Shown here: positions 11,153 through 19,982 of the stretch, one piece after another
How the letters are laid out: the number at the start of each line of letters is the position of its first letter
Numbering within the stretch: the first letter of the stretch is position 1
Assembly (NCBI GenBank): GCA_018623275.1
Contig: JAAZVU010000001.1
Location: 1-44,983, forward strand
DNA length: 44,983 bases
From: Flavobacteriales bacterium
GTDB taxonomy: Bacteria; Bacteroidota; Bacteroidia; Flavobacteriales; Schleiferiaceae
Direction of reading: 5' to 3'
Translations under genes and position numbers: made by a program
The notes under the pieces: model-generated
The model's input: only the letters and a program-made list of their open reading frames with translations
Told to the model about the DNA's origin: nothing
Databases searched by the model: none

Positions 11153-12019
11153 ATGACTTCAAGAAATTGGACCCCAGATTTTAGCGCACTCCAACCCTCC
11201 TTTGACCTAGCCATAGCAGAGGACATTGGCGACGGAGATCATAGTGCGTTGAGTTGCCTCGACCAAGAAAAGCGTGGAAAGGCTCGTTTGCTCATCAAAG
11301 AAAAGGGAATTATTGCAGGAGTCGCTCTTGCCCAGCACCTTTTCAAATATATTGACCCTACAGCCGAAATCACCGTATTTATTGAAGACGGCAGTACCAT
11401 TGCGCCCGGAGATGTTGTTTTGGAAGTGGAAGGCAATGCCATCAAATTATTGCAATCTGAGCGCTTGGTGTTGAATTACATGCAGCGCCTTTCAGGAATT
11501 GCAACCAGTGCATCACACTATGCAGCCATGGTCGCACACACTAAATGTACAGTTTTAGATACGCGCAAAACCACACCGGGATTGCGCATCTTGGAAAAGT
11601 GGGCCGTGCAGCTAGGCGGTGGAGGCAATCACCGGATGGGATTGTACGATATGATCATGCTCAAAGACAACCACATTGATTTCGCGGGAGGTATTGTTCC
11701 AGCAGTAGATCGCGTGCGCAGGTACCTAAAGTCTAAGGGCAAGGACCTGAAAATTGAGGTAGAAACTAGAGATTTAAACGAGGTACGCGAAGCCCTGGAG
11801 GCTGGCGCCGATCGCATCATGCTCGATAATTTTACGCCGGAGCAAACTAAAGAGGCAGTCGCACTAATTGGCGAGAGGTCGGAAACTGAAAGTAGCGGTG
11901 GCATCACCAAGGAAACGCTCGTGAGCTATGCTGAATGTGGAGTAGATTTTATCAGCATTGGTGCACTTACCCATCAAATTGCTAGCTTAGACATGTCTTT
12001 AAAGGCAATCGAAGAATAA
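11153..12019 (+). CDS. nadC: Nicotinate-nucleotide pyrophosphorylase (carboxylating)
   Basis: QPRTase motifs HRMGLYDMIMLKDNH, IMLDNF and ESSGGIT. The track start ATG 11111 leaves only 13 bp to the divergent rlmH. ATG 11153 gives a typical length of about 288 aa, but the start remains uncertain. Confidence 0.9.
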   Translation: MTSRNWTPDFSALQPSFDLAIAEDIGDGDHSALSCLDQEKRGKARLLIKEKGIIAGVALAQHLFKYIDPTAEITVFIEDGSTIAPGDVVLEVEGNAIKLLQSERLVLNYMQRLSGIATSASHYAAMVAHTKCTVLDTRKTTPGLRILEKWAVQLGGGGNHRMGLYDMIMLKDNHIDFAGGIVPAVDRVRRYLKSKGKDLKIEVETRDLNEVREALEAGADRIMLDNFTPEQTKEAVALIGERSETESSGGITKETLVSYAECGVDFISIGALTHQIASLDMSLKAIEE

Positions 12020-12936
12020 TGAGTCCAGTATTTAAGCCAATTTATGGAGCCCTACGCAACACGCTAAGCCGTGTCAAACCTCCATTTTTTGACGGTTTAT
12101 CGCTTTGGGACGTACTCTACTTCTTTTTTCAGGGCATTTACGAAGGAGCCATTTCAACGCGGGCAGGCTCAGTGAGCTTTAGCTTCTTCTTGGCGCTCTT
12201 CCCTGGCATCATCTTTATTTTCACCTTGATCGCCTACCTACCTATCGACACCTTCCAGACGGAATTATTCGCAGTGTTGGGGGATGTTCTGCCCCCTTCG
12301 ACACACGATATGGCCTTTGATGCCATAGAGGATATTTTGACCATCAAACGCGGTGGGCTTCTGTCTGTGACGTTCATTGCCGCAATGCTTTTTGCAACGA
12401 ATGGCACCCTTTCTCTGGTGTCCAATTTGGGCATCAGCTACAACATCAGCGACGTCAAAAATTTCTGGTTGCAGTACCTCAGTGCCTTTCTACTCACTAT
12501 TGCACTTACGGTTTTAATCCTTGTGGCACTTGTTGCCTTAATCTTCTCTCAAGGCTTCACCGGTTGGCTTGCCGACCAAGGCTACATTTTGGAATACAGT
12601 GCTACCATCATCTATTGGGTCCGATTACTTGTGCTATTAACCACCATTTTGGTGGGCATCTCCCTAGTCTACAACTACGGTCCAGTGCGTGGCACCGACT
12701 GGCGATTCATTAGTCCTGGCTCCATTCTCGCTACAGTCTTAATCATCCTCTCGTCGAACGGTTTCGGGTACTACGTCGAGAATTTCTCGACCTACAATAA
12801 ATTCTACGGCTCCATCGGAACGCTGTTGATCATGCTTCTATGGATCTATGTCAATGCCTTTGGTCTCATCATTGGCTTTGAACTCAACGCTAGTGTCAGC
12901 GGCGCCAAGCACGATCGAGAATTAAAGAACTCCTAG
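12019..12936 (+). CDS. YihY/BrkB family membrane protein
   Basis: 305 aa, multi-TM. The block AGSVSFSFFLALFPGIIF and the C-terminal WIYVNAFGLIIGFELN are typical of the family. TAATG overlap with the nadC stop. Confidence 0.85.
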   Translation: MSPVFKPIYGALRNTLSRVKPPFFDGLSLWDVLYFFFQGIYEGAISTRAGSVSFSFFLALFPGIIFIFTLIAYLPIDTFQTELFAVLGDVLPPSTHDMAFDAIEDILTIKRGGLLSVTFIAAMLFATNGTLSLVSNLGISYNISDVKNFWLQYLSAFLLTIALTVLILVALVALIFSQGFTGWLADQGYILEYSATIIYWVRLLVLLTTILVGISLVYNYGPVRGTDWRFISPGSILATVLIILSSNGFGYYVENFSTYNKFYGSIGTLLIMLLWIYVNAFGLIIGFELNASVSGAKHDRELKNS

Positions 12937-12937
12937 T

Positions 12938-13369
12938 ATGAAAAAGTGGCTTCTTCTTCTGAGCCTATTTTTTGGGCTCCAATCCTTTGCACAAAATGAA
13001 ATCTTGGGACTTTGGTATAACGACATCAAATCGTCTAAAATTGAAATCTACAAGGAAAACGGGATGTACTTCGGCCGCATAGTTTGGCTTGAAGATCCTG
13101 CCAATTCCGACGGCTCTACCCCTCGCGTCGATGAATTTAATGAAGATCCCAAGCTGGAAAAACGCCCCTTGATGAACCTCGTTATTTTAAAGGACCTCAA
13201 GTGGAATGCCGAGGATAAAGAATGGCAAGAGGGCACCATCTATGACCCGAATAACGGAAAAACCTACGAGTGCTATTGCCTGATGCAAGAGGACGGCACC
13301 CTGTACTTCAAGGGCTATGTCTTAGGAATCACTTGGCTGGGAAGAAGCACCGTTTGGACGAGAAATTAG
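12938..13369 (+). CDS. DUF2147-like periplasmic protein
   Basis: 143 aa with a signal peptide. GLWYN...IEIYKENGMYFGRIVWL and GTIYDPNNGKTY...GYVLGITWLGRSTVWTR match DUF2147 as I recall it. Confidence 0.75.
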   Translation: MKKWLLLLSLFFGLQSFAQNEILGLWYNDIKSSKIEIYKENGMYFGRIVWLEDPANSDGSTPRVDEFNEDPKLEKRPLMNLVILKDLKWNAEDKEWQEGTIYDPNNGKTYECYCLMQEDGTLYFKGYVLGITWLGRSTVWTRN

Positions 13370-13386
13370 CCCAAATTTTTATGCAT

Positions 13387-13423
13387 AAAAAAACCCCCGC
13401 GGGCTGCGCCCGCGGGGGTTTTT
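13387..13423. terminator. Bidirectional rho-independent terminator
   Basis: 11-bp GC stem cccccgcgggc / gcccgcggggg with a 3-nt loop, flanked by A7 and T5. It lies between convergent genes. Confidence 0.9.
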
Positions 13424-13441
13424 AGTTCCAATATTTTTCGA

Positions 13442-14716
13442 CTATCGCATGAGCGAGAACTGCTGGTACTTCACGTACTCTAAGCCCTCAAGATCGCGGT
13501 AGATGATTTTGGCAACATAGACGCCTTCGTAACAGGTCTTGTCTTCGAAGGTACCGTCCCAACCTGTGTTAATGTCTTTACTATAGAAAAGGATATTTCC
13601 CATACGGTTGTACACCTGCATTTCAAAGTAAGAAATGGCATTGGCCTTAACGATGTAGTAGTCGTTTTTCTCATCACCATTCGGCGTGAAAGCCGTTGGC
13701 GCAAAAACTGCAGCCACATCACGTGGATCAGTAAGAGTATCACAATCTAGGGCAGTGACATATACCGTATCAAAAGTCTCGTACTTGCAATATCCAGTGC
13801 TTACGAGAATGGTATCATTAGCATCAAAAGTTTCCTGGAAATTAGGACCACTCTGGCTAAGACCAGTGACAAGCGTATTCCAAGTGTAGGCAAAGTTGAA
13901 GGTCATCGTAGGACCGCCCGCAGCGTTTATACTAGGAGCATTTGTTCCGTCGGACACAGTTAAGCCCCCAACACAATCTTCCCATCCATCCACTGCCGTT
14001 ACCTCATTAAAATCGAAGTTCTGAGCAAGTGCTGAAAAAGAACTTGGGTTCAAATGTGTTGACATGTACGTCTGAATATCCCCTGAAGAACGCGCTTCCG
14101 ACCAAACTCTAAACTCATCAAAATCTCCATTAGTGTAAACAGGCGCTCCGGTAAAGAAACTTAAACCATAGCCCAAATAAGTGGGCGCATTTGAGGTAAT
14201 GTCCCCGAGAGAAATATTTTTCGAAGTCTCAAATCCTCCGTCAATGTAAATCGTTGCTGTGGTAGTACCGCGGTCCCAAGTCATTGCCACATGATGCCAA
14301 GATCCATCATTAATGGATGAGATATTCCCGGTAACATTATCAAAGGAACCATTGGCGTCTCGTACTCCAAAACCGACATAGCCATTTTGGTCCACATAAA
14401 TGGCCCAACCAACATTAGTGGCATTACGATTAAAGGCCAAATAAGTCAATTGAGTTACCGCATTCAGGTTTACCCAAAACTCTACAGAGAAAGAGGTTGT
14501 ACCAAAAGTAGTATTGGCTGATGCTGGAATTTCGAAATAGGTTGAAGTACCGTTAAGTGAGATCGAATTGTTAAACGGTGTAGTCCGTGTTACATTAACA
14601 TCTACCACATCCGTAGGACAAACTTCCCAGCTATCGTCATCAACACTAATGGTCATTACCTGCCCATAAGCGGCAGCCGAAAAAACGACCATTAAGAGTG
14701 AAAAAATTTTCTTCAT
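13442..14716 (-). CDS. Secreted LamG/concanavalin-like lectin-domain protein with T9SS type-B C-terminal sorting domain
   Basis: Signal peptide MKKIFSLLMVVFSAAAYG. LamG-type blocks FSVEFWVNL and GSWHHVAMTWD...IYIDG...FDEFRVW are present. The C-terminus FTPNGDEKNDYYIV...WDG...GVYVAKIIY matches the gliding-motility-associated (type B) CTD. Confidence 0.85.
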   Translation of the reverse strand: MKKIFSLLMVVFSAAAYGQVMTISVDDDSWEVCPTDVVDVNVTRTTPFNNSISLNGTSTYFEIPASANTTFGTTSFSVEFWVNLNAVTQLTYLAFNRNATNVGWAIYVDQNGYVGFGVRDANGSFDNVTGNISSINDGSWHHVAMTWDRGTTTATIYIDGGFETSKNISLGDITSNAPTYLGYGLSFFTGAPVYTNGDFDEFRVWSEARSSGDIQTYMSTHLNPSSFSALAQNFDFNEVTAVDGWEDCVGGLTVSDGTNAPSINAAGGPTMTFNFAYTWNTLVTGLSQSGPNFQETFDANDTILVSTGYCKYETFDTVYVTALDCDTLTDPRDVAAVFAPTAFTPNGDEKNDYYIVKANAISYFEMQVYNRMGNILFYSKDINTGWDGTFEDKTCYEGVYVAKIIYRDLEGLEYVKYQQFSLMR

Positions 14717-14734
14717 TTATCGCGACTTGTGTTC

Positions 14735-14742
14735 CAAAAATA
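14735..14742 (-). promoter_or_regulatory. -7 box (TATTTTTG) candidate for the LamG/T9SS gene
   Basis: TAnnTTTG match in the 29-bp spacer after the decarboxylase stop, with 18 nt between the box and ATG 14716. Confidence 0.45.
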
Positions 14743-14745
14743 AGA

Positions 14746-15936
14746 TTAATAATTGATTGTTGTGCGTTCGCTCCAAATAGAGGTATTTACACCGTCAAAA
14801 GCGATGCATTTAGGCACAGTTCTCGAGCAATGACGGGACCAAAGTGCGTAGGTATTGGCACCCGTACCATTAATACTCAACCAATTCCCTTCGGCAGTCG
14901 TAGCTGGAAGTGTGGCACCGTGTGCCAGGTAATCGCCCGCAAAGCAAAGAGGGCCTGCGATGTCAAAGGCTCCTTTTTCTCCTTCAACAGGATGTCCTTC
15001 TTCTTCCCAAACTTCTAACGCAAAAGGACGCGCCTTGGTGTAGGCATCGCGCATGAAAAAGTCTGCGCCCAGGTGAATGAAGATGCGACTCTCGTCCAAA
15101 ACATATTCGATACGAGAAAGGGCAAAGCCTGCTTCAGCATGCACCCATTGACCAAATTCAGTGACCAATTGATAATTCGACCCATTAAAAACCTCAGCCA
15201 CGATAGCGCCGTATTCGGCCATTCGCGTAGCATCAGAGAGGGGTTCAGATGGAAGGCCACCACCGATATCTAAAGTGTGAATTTTACCCGGCGAAGCCGT
15301 ATTAATTTCATCTGCTAAGGCTTTCAAAGCCTCCAACGCTCCACGCTGTACCTGAAGATCCTTCATTTGAGAACCACTGTGCATGTGCAAAGCATTTACA
15401 GGATGTGCCAGAGCAGCATCAACGATCTCTTGCTTGCTGGAAATGGCAACGCCAAATTTGCTTTCATTGCGACTCACATCGAACATCTCTGGTGCACCGG
15501 TATGTACTTGTGGATTCACTCGTATACCTATGGTGCAGGCTGCGTCCGAAGGGAATCGACTCAACTCCCCTACCGAATTCACATTGACGAGCATATCGGT
15601 CAGACCTGCGACGCAATCTATCTCGCTGCGAGTCTTAACGGGGGAATCGAAAACAATTTTAGAAGGCGCACAACCGGCGGCTATGGCCATATTAACCTCT
15701 TCAATTGACGCCGCTTCTAAACCATACCCTAAGCCAACGAGATGCTTTAACATCTGTGGATGAGGATTCGTTTTTATCGCAATGGCATGCGAAGTTTCGC
15801 TCGGAAAGCTCTGCGTCAAATGCTGTAATCGCTCTTTAAGTAAAGGCAAATGAGCCACGATAAGACTTGTGTCTTGCTCGTTAATCTGCCCCTTGAGTCC
15901 GACGATTACTTTCGATATATCTGAATTCGAGATCAA
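14746..15936 (-). CDS. Fold-type-III PLP-dependent decarboxylase (Orn/DAP/Arg decarboxylase family 2), substrate unknown
   Basis: Motifs AIAIKTN (PLP Lys), HMHSGSQ, LDIGGGLP, GPLCFAGD and TGANTY. The only plausible start is TTG 15934-15936, which overlaps the upstream TGA stop. Confidence 0.85.
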   Translation of the reverse strand: MISNSDISKVIVGLKGQINEQDTSLIVAHLPLLKERLQHLTQSFPSETSHAIAIKTNPHPQMLKHLVGLGYGLEAASIEEVNMAIAAGCAPSKIVFDSPVKTRSEIDCVAGLTDMLVNVNSVGELSRFPSDAACTIGIRVNPQVHTGAPEMFDVSRNESKFGVAISSKQEIVDAALAHPVNALHMHSGSQMKDLQVQRGALEALKALADEINTASPGKIHTLDIGGGLPSEPLSDATRMAEYGAIVAEVFNGSNYQLVTEFGQWVHAEAGFALSRIEYVLDESRIFIHLGADFFMRDAYTKARPFALEVWEEEGHPVEGEKGAFDIAGPLCFAGDYLAHGATLPATTAEGNWLSINGTGANTYALWSRHCSRTVPKCIAFDGVNTSIWSERTTINY

Positions 15937-17339
15937 CCAAACATCTTTTGAGCGTATTCCTCGATAATTTCGATTACGCGATAGTCGTTGTGCAGGTCGA
16001 TAGCATCTTCCTCTAAGAAAGCACGTACTGAATATGCACCAATTGCTAGTCGAATGAAACTCTTGTCTCCATATTGAACAGGTTGACCGAAGAAGACCTT
16101 ATTGATACCGTCTTTGAATCCTTCATGGGTAGAAGTCGCAATGGCTTTAAACAAGTCTTTGAGCTCTGAATTATTAAGGGCTCGACCGCCTACCCATACT
16201 TGGAAACTGATGATGGACATGTTGGTCTTGAGCTGATCAGGCATCAATTTAAAATGCTCGGAATCTTCCAATCTCGCCATTACACCGGTTGCCCAGCGCG
16301 TAATAATATCATCTGTTTGAGCAGTTGACCAATAGCTGTAGGCCTCCATTTCATCCAATGCAATCTCCCAACGCAGACGTAGTGCCTTATTTTCCTTGGC
16401 TGGCAAATGCTCGCGCATGTTTTGCATGAACCACGGCACGTCGTAGGCCGAGAATAGCTTACCATACGGTTCAATGATTGAAGCATCTACTTGCTTGAGT
16501 TGTTCGCTCCATTTTCTCGGCACAAGCATCGCGGCACAGAATGGAGGCGCTTGGAAGAATTTAGAACCCGTAAGCATGATCATCACACCTTTCTCAAGAA
16601 GGTCGTGAACGAGTTTTGGGTCTACACGGAATTGACATAAATCGACCACCCACATCGTACCGTCGTCAGGATCAATGATATCTAGGTCGTCCTTAATTCC
16701 AGATTTTGAACCGAACACCAAAGAACCCACCACGGCAGCGTCTTTGTTCTCTGCGATAATATCCTTGATGGCCTTACTTCGATCAAGGATGTTCCCCTCT
16801 GCGTCACGAGCATCAAGGTAGTGTACCTCACTTACGTGCTCAGGATCTACAAAATCTCCTTTGACGATATTGTCGCCAAACTGGTTATAGTTCGCATAAA
16901 AGCGCGTTTCAGAAGCATAACCAGAGCCCGAACCTAACTCTTCAGGGCAGCTCACGATATTGATGAGCTTCTTATTAGGGTTCAGCATCAACTGGAACAT
17001 CAACGGGTAGTAGACCAAATCTGAGCCTGAAGGACCGAAATAGATATCAAAAGGCTCGTTGTTTTCGCTACCTACCAAATCGCGAAGGCGATTGCTCTGC
17101 TTTTCAAGCAAATTATCGTAGTTCAATTCATCGTACTTGCCCAAGAATGCCTTTGCAACACCATGAGAACGAGGTGTTAAAAGGTTCGCTGTACATGAAC
17201 CTCGCTGCAGCAACGTTTCGTATTCTACCGGATTGAGGTGGTACTTGTTGCGGTTGGTGCCTTCGATTAAGTGAACGCGCTCGTCACACCCTTGTTCTAA
17301 AATTCTACCTATTTCTGCCTTGCTGACTTTGCTGGCCAT
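15933..17339 (-). CDS. Uncharacterised fold-type-I (class V / SelA-like) PLP-dependent enzyme-like protein
   Basis: 468 aa counted from ATG 17339 (MASKVSKAEIG...). Motifs GPSGSD, VVDLCQ and TGSKFFQAPPF appear in the order expected for Asp/Lys PLP binding. The track's extra 50 codons would overlap the divergent yfhO-like start, so I rejected them. Confidence 0.65.
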   Translation of the reverse strand: MASKVSKAEIGRILEQGCDERVHLIEGTNRNKYHLNPVEYETLLQRGSCTANLLTPRSHGVAKAFLGKYDELNYDNLLEKQSNRLRDLVGSENNEPFDIYFGPSGSDLVYYPLMFQLMLNPNKKLINIVSCPEELGSGSGYASETRFYANYNQFGDNIVKGDFVDPEHVSEVHYLDARDAEGNILDRSKAIKDIIAENKDAAVVGSLVFGSKSGIKDDLDIIDPDDGTMWVVDLCQFRVDPKLVHDLLEKGVMIMLTGSKFFQAPPFCAAMLVPRKWSEQLKQVDASIIEPYGKLFSAYDVPWFMQNMREHLPAKENKALRLRWEIALDEMEAYSYWSTAQTDDIITRWATGVMARLEDSEHFKLMPDQLKTNMSIISFQVWVGGRALNNSELKDLFKAIATSTHEGFKDGINKVFFGQPVQYGDKSFIRLAIGAYSVRAFLEEDAIDLHNDYRVIEIIEEYAQKMFG

Positions 17340-17460
17340 AAAAATGTGTCTTGTTAGGTCCGAAAAATACCACCTAATCGAGGGATTATCAAGGCTAAGA
17401 CACCTTATTATTCCACAACTTTTGGTAGTTTGGAGCTCCAAATAACGAGCACAACCAACT

Positions 17461-19914
17461 ATGAAGCAATGGATGCCACTTTTGCGCACTTGGATACTTC
17501 CAATCGCAATTCTTTTAGGTCTTAACGTAGCATTTTTAAGCCCTGCCTACCTAAGCGGTGATATTCTTGACCAAGACGATATCAAACTAGGATATGCAAA
17601 GAGCAAAGAAATTCGCGACTATCGCGAAGCGACAGGTGAAGAACCTTTGTGGACAAACTCCATGTTCAGCGGGATGCCCACTGCGCAGATTTCGACAAAA
17701 TACGGCGGGAATATTTTTGAATACATAACGTCATTTGTAAGAACAGTAGGAGGAAAGACCTCCTCCACCTACATCATTTTCTATCTGATGATCGGTGGGT
17801 TCATAGGCCTCAGAGGTCTCGGCGTGAATCATTGGCTCAGCACCATTGGAGGTTTTGCTTACGGCTATTCGGGCTTCTTTATCATCGGCTATGCGGCCGG
17901 GCACAATGCCAAAGTAAATACCGCAGCCTTCATCCCTCTGATGATCATGGCGCTGCTGCTCATTTTCGAAAAGAAGAACTGGAAAGCCATGATCCTAATG
18001 GCCATTTTTGCTGGCCTGAGCATCCATAGAAACCACTTCCAGATTACCTATTACGCTGGCCTATTTATGGGCATCATCTGGATCACTTACCTCATTAAAT
18101 ATGCCCGTGAAAAGGCACTTCCAGAGTTCGCTAAACTTACGGGGTGGCTCCTAGTAGCCGCAGTTCTAAGCATTGGTCCTAACCTCGCAAATATGTGGGG
18201 CACCCAAGTCTACACGAAAGAAAGTATGCGTGGTGGGATTTCAGAATTGACCAATAAAAATCAAAACCAAGGCGAAGGCGGTCTCTCCTTTGATTATGCG
18301 ATGGCATGGTCCAGCGGCATTTACGAAAGTGTGGCTCTCGTCATTCCGAATGCTGCTGGTGGCGGTATGATGGTGGATTATTCCGACATGGGAACCGAGA
18401 CCTACGACCAGCTTGTTCGCGCCTTCCGTCAACAAGGGATGAATGCCAATCAAGCAGAAGCACAAGCCAATCAGTACATGGGCGCTGCCTTCATGAAATG
18501 GACCGGCGAGAGTATGGGTAATGGCGCCTATTATGTAGGTGCAAGCGTGTTTTTCCTCTTCTGTCTTGCCCTGTTTACCGTGGGCGGACCGATACGTAAT
18601 TGGGTCATTGCATCAGGTATTTTCTTCCTTCTCATGAGTTGGGGGTCCAATTTTGAATCTTTCAACAAACTCCTTTTTGACCTACTGCCACTCTACAACA
18701 AATTCCGCGTACCGTCCATGGCCATGGTGGTTCTCTTCTTCCTCGTGCCTTTCTATGGCATCTATGGACTGAATAGTTGGATCGGGCTAGATAAAGCAGC
18801 TCGCATGAAAGCTTTCACCAAGGGAGCTGGCCTGTTCGCAGGCTTCGTTATCCTCTTTGGACTCATTGCACCGTATGCAATGAATCTTGAAGGCGCACGC
18901 GATGCTGGCTTTGCACAACAAGGGTTCTCCATAGATCAGCTCATTAGTGACCGTCAAGGCATAATCACAAGCTCTGCAATGCGCTCCTTGTTTTTTGGAT
19001 TACTCGCAGCAGCGGCACTATACATATGGCACATTGGCAAGTACGGACAAGTGGCGATGATTGCAGTTTTAGGTGCCATCACTTTAGGAGATCTATTTAT
19101 TTTCGATCGTGACCAATTGGAATTAGAAGACTTCCAGACCAAGCGTCAATGGGAGCAACAATATGCACCGAATGCCGCTAATCAAGCGATCCTTCAAGAC
19201 GCTGACCCTCATTTCCGCGTGTGGAACAGCATGGCCGGTCTTACTAATGATAGCTACACCAGTTACCACCATAAAAGCATTGGCGGTTATCATGGCGCAA
19301 AACTACAGCGGTACCAAGACCTTATCGACAACCAACTCAACAAGCAAAATATGGCTTGTTTCAGCATGCTCAATGCAAAATACGTCATCGCTCAGGGTGC
19401 TAACGGCCAACCACAAGCCCAGCGTAATCCGAATGCTTGCGGGAATGCTTGGTCGGTAAATAGTGTGAATATTGTCGCGAACGCCGATGCGGAGATGGCC
19501 GCACTCTCTGGATTTAATCCGAAGACTACAGCAGTCGTGGATGCACGATTCAGCGACTACCTTGGCAACAAGACCACTTTTGCTCCCGCCAAGGTTAAGC
19601 TCAATAGCTACGATCCGAAATACATGGAATACAGCTTTGAAGGTGGTGATGCCTTTGTAGTATTCTCAGAAATCTACTACGAAGGCTCAGGGAACGATTG
19701 GCAAGCTTACCTCGACGGAACGCCTGTGGAACACATCCGTGTGAATTATACCCTACGTGGAATGAAGGTACCGGCCGGAAAACATGAAATTGTATTCGAA
19801 TTCAAACCAGCTTCGTACTACACGGGCAAAAAGGTCAATATGGCTGGATCAGCACTTCTGCTATTGATCCTCGCCTACTTCGGCTGGACTACTTACCAGG
19901 AAAAGAAGGCGTAA
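17461..19914 (+). CDS. YfhO-like polytopic membrane protein (putative GT-C-type glycosyltransferase)
   Basis: 817 aa. About 12 TM segments in the N-terminal two thirds, a soluble C-terminal domain and a final TM anchor. The layout and length match Bacteroidota YfhO-family proteins as I recall them. Confidence 0.7.
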   Translation: MKQWMPLLRTWILPIAILLGLNVAFLSPAYLSGDILDQDDIKLGYAKSKEIRDYREATGEEPLWTNSMFSGMPTAQISTKYGGNIFEYITSFVRTVGGKTSSTYIIFYLMIGGFIGLRGLGVNHWLSTIGGFAYGYSGFFIIGYAAGHNAKVNTAAFIPLMIMALLLIFEKKNWKAMILMAIFAGLSIHRNHFQITYYAGLFMGIIWITYLIKYAREKALPEFAKLTGWLLVAAVLSIGPNLANMWGTQVYTKESMRGGISELTNKNQNQGEGGLSFDYAMAWSSGIYESVALVIPNAAGGGMMVDYSDMGTETYDQLVRAFRQQGMNANQAEAQANQYMGAAFMKWTGESMGNGAYYVGASVFFLFCLALFTVGGPIRNWVIASGIFFLLMSWGSNFESFNKLLFDLLPLYNKFRVPSMAMVVLFFLVPFYGIYGLNSWIGLDKAARMKAFTKGAGLFAGFVILFGLIAPYAMNLEGARDAGFAQQGFSIDQLISDRQGIITSSAMRSLFFGLLAAAALYIWHIGKYGQVAMIAVLGAITLGDLFIFDRDQLELEDFQTKRQWEQQYAPNAANQAILQDADPHFRVWNSMAGLTNDSYTSYHHKSIGGYHGAKLQRYQDLIDNQLNKQNMACFSMLNAKYVIAQGANGQPQAQRNPNACGNAWSVNSVNIVANADAEMAALSGFNPKTTAVVDARFSDYLGNKTTFAPAKVKLNSYDPKYMEYSFEGGDAFVVFSEIYYEGSGNDWQAYLDGTPVEHIRVNYTLRGMKVPAGKHEIVFEFKPASYYTGKKVNMAGSALLLLILAYFGWTTYQEKKA

Positions 19915-19931
19915 AATTTTAGCCTTAAAGC

Positions 19932-19965
19932 AAAAAAGCCACCCGCTACGCAGGTGGCTTTTTTA
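19932..19965. terminator. Bidirectional terminator between the yfhO-like and GT4 genes
   Basis: aaaaaagccaccc...ggtggctttttt: stem gccacc/ggtggc plus an inner gc/gc pair, flanked by A6 and T6. Confidence 0.8.
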
Positions 19966-19982
19966 TGGAGTTTTATTTTTTC

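Noticed and set aside
17340-17489. N-terminal 50 codons of track ORF 15933..17489.
   Set aside because: The extension is Cys/Arg-rich and non-protein-like, and it overlaps the divergent yfhO-like start at 17461. ATG 17339 gives a sensible N-terminus.
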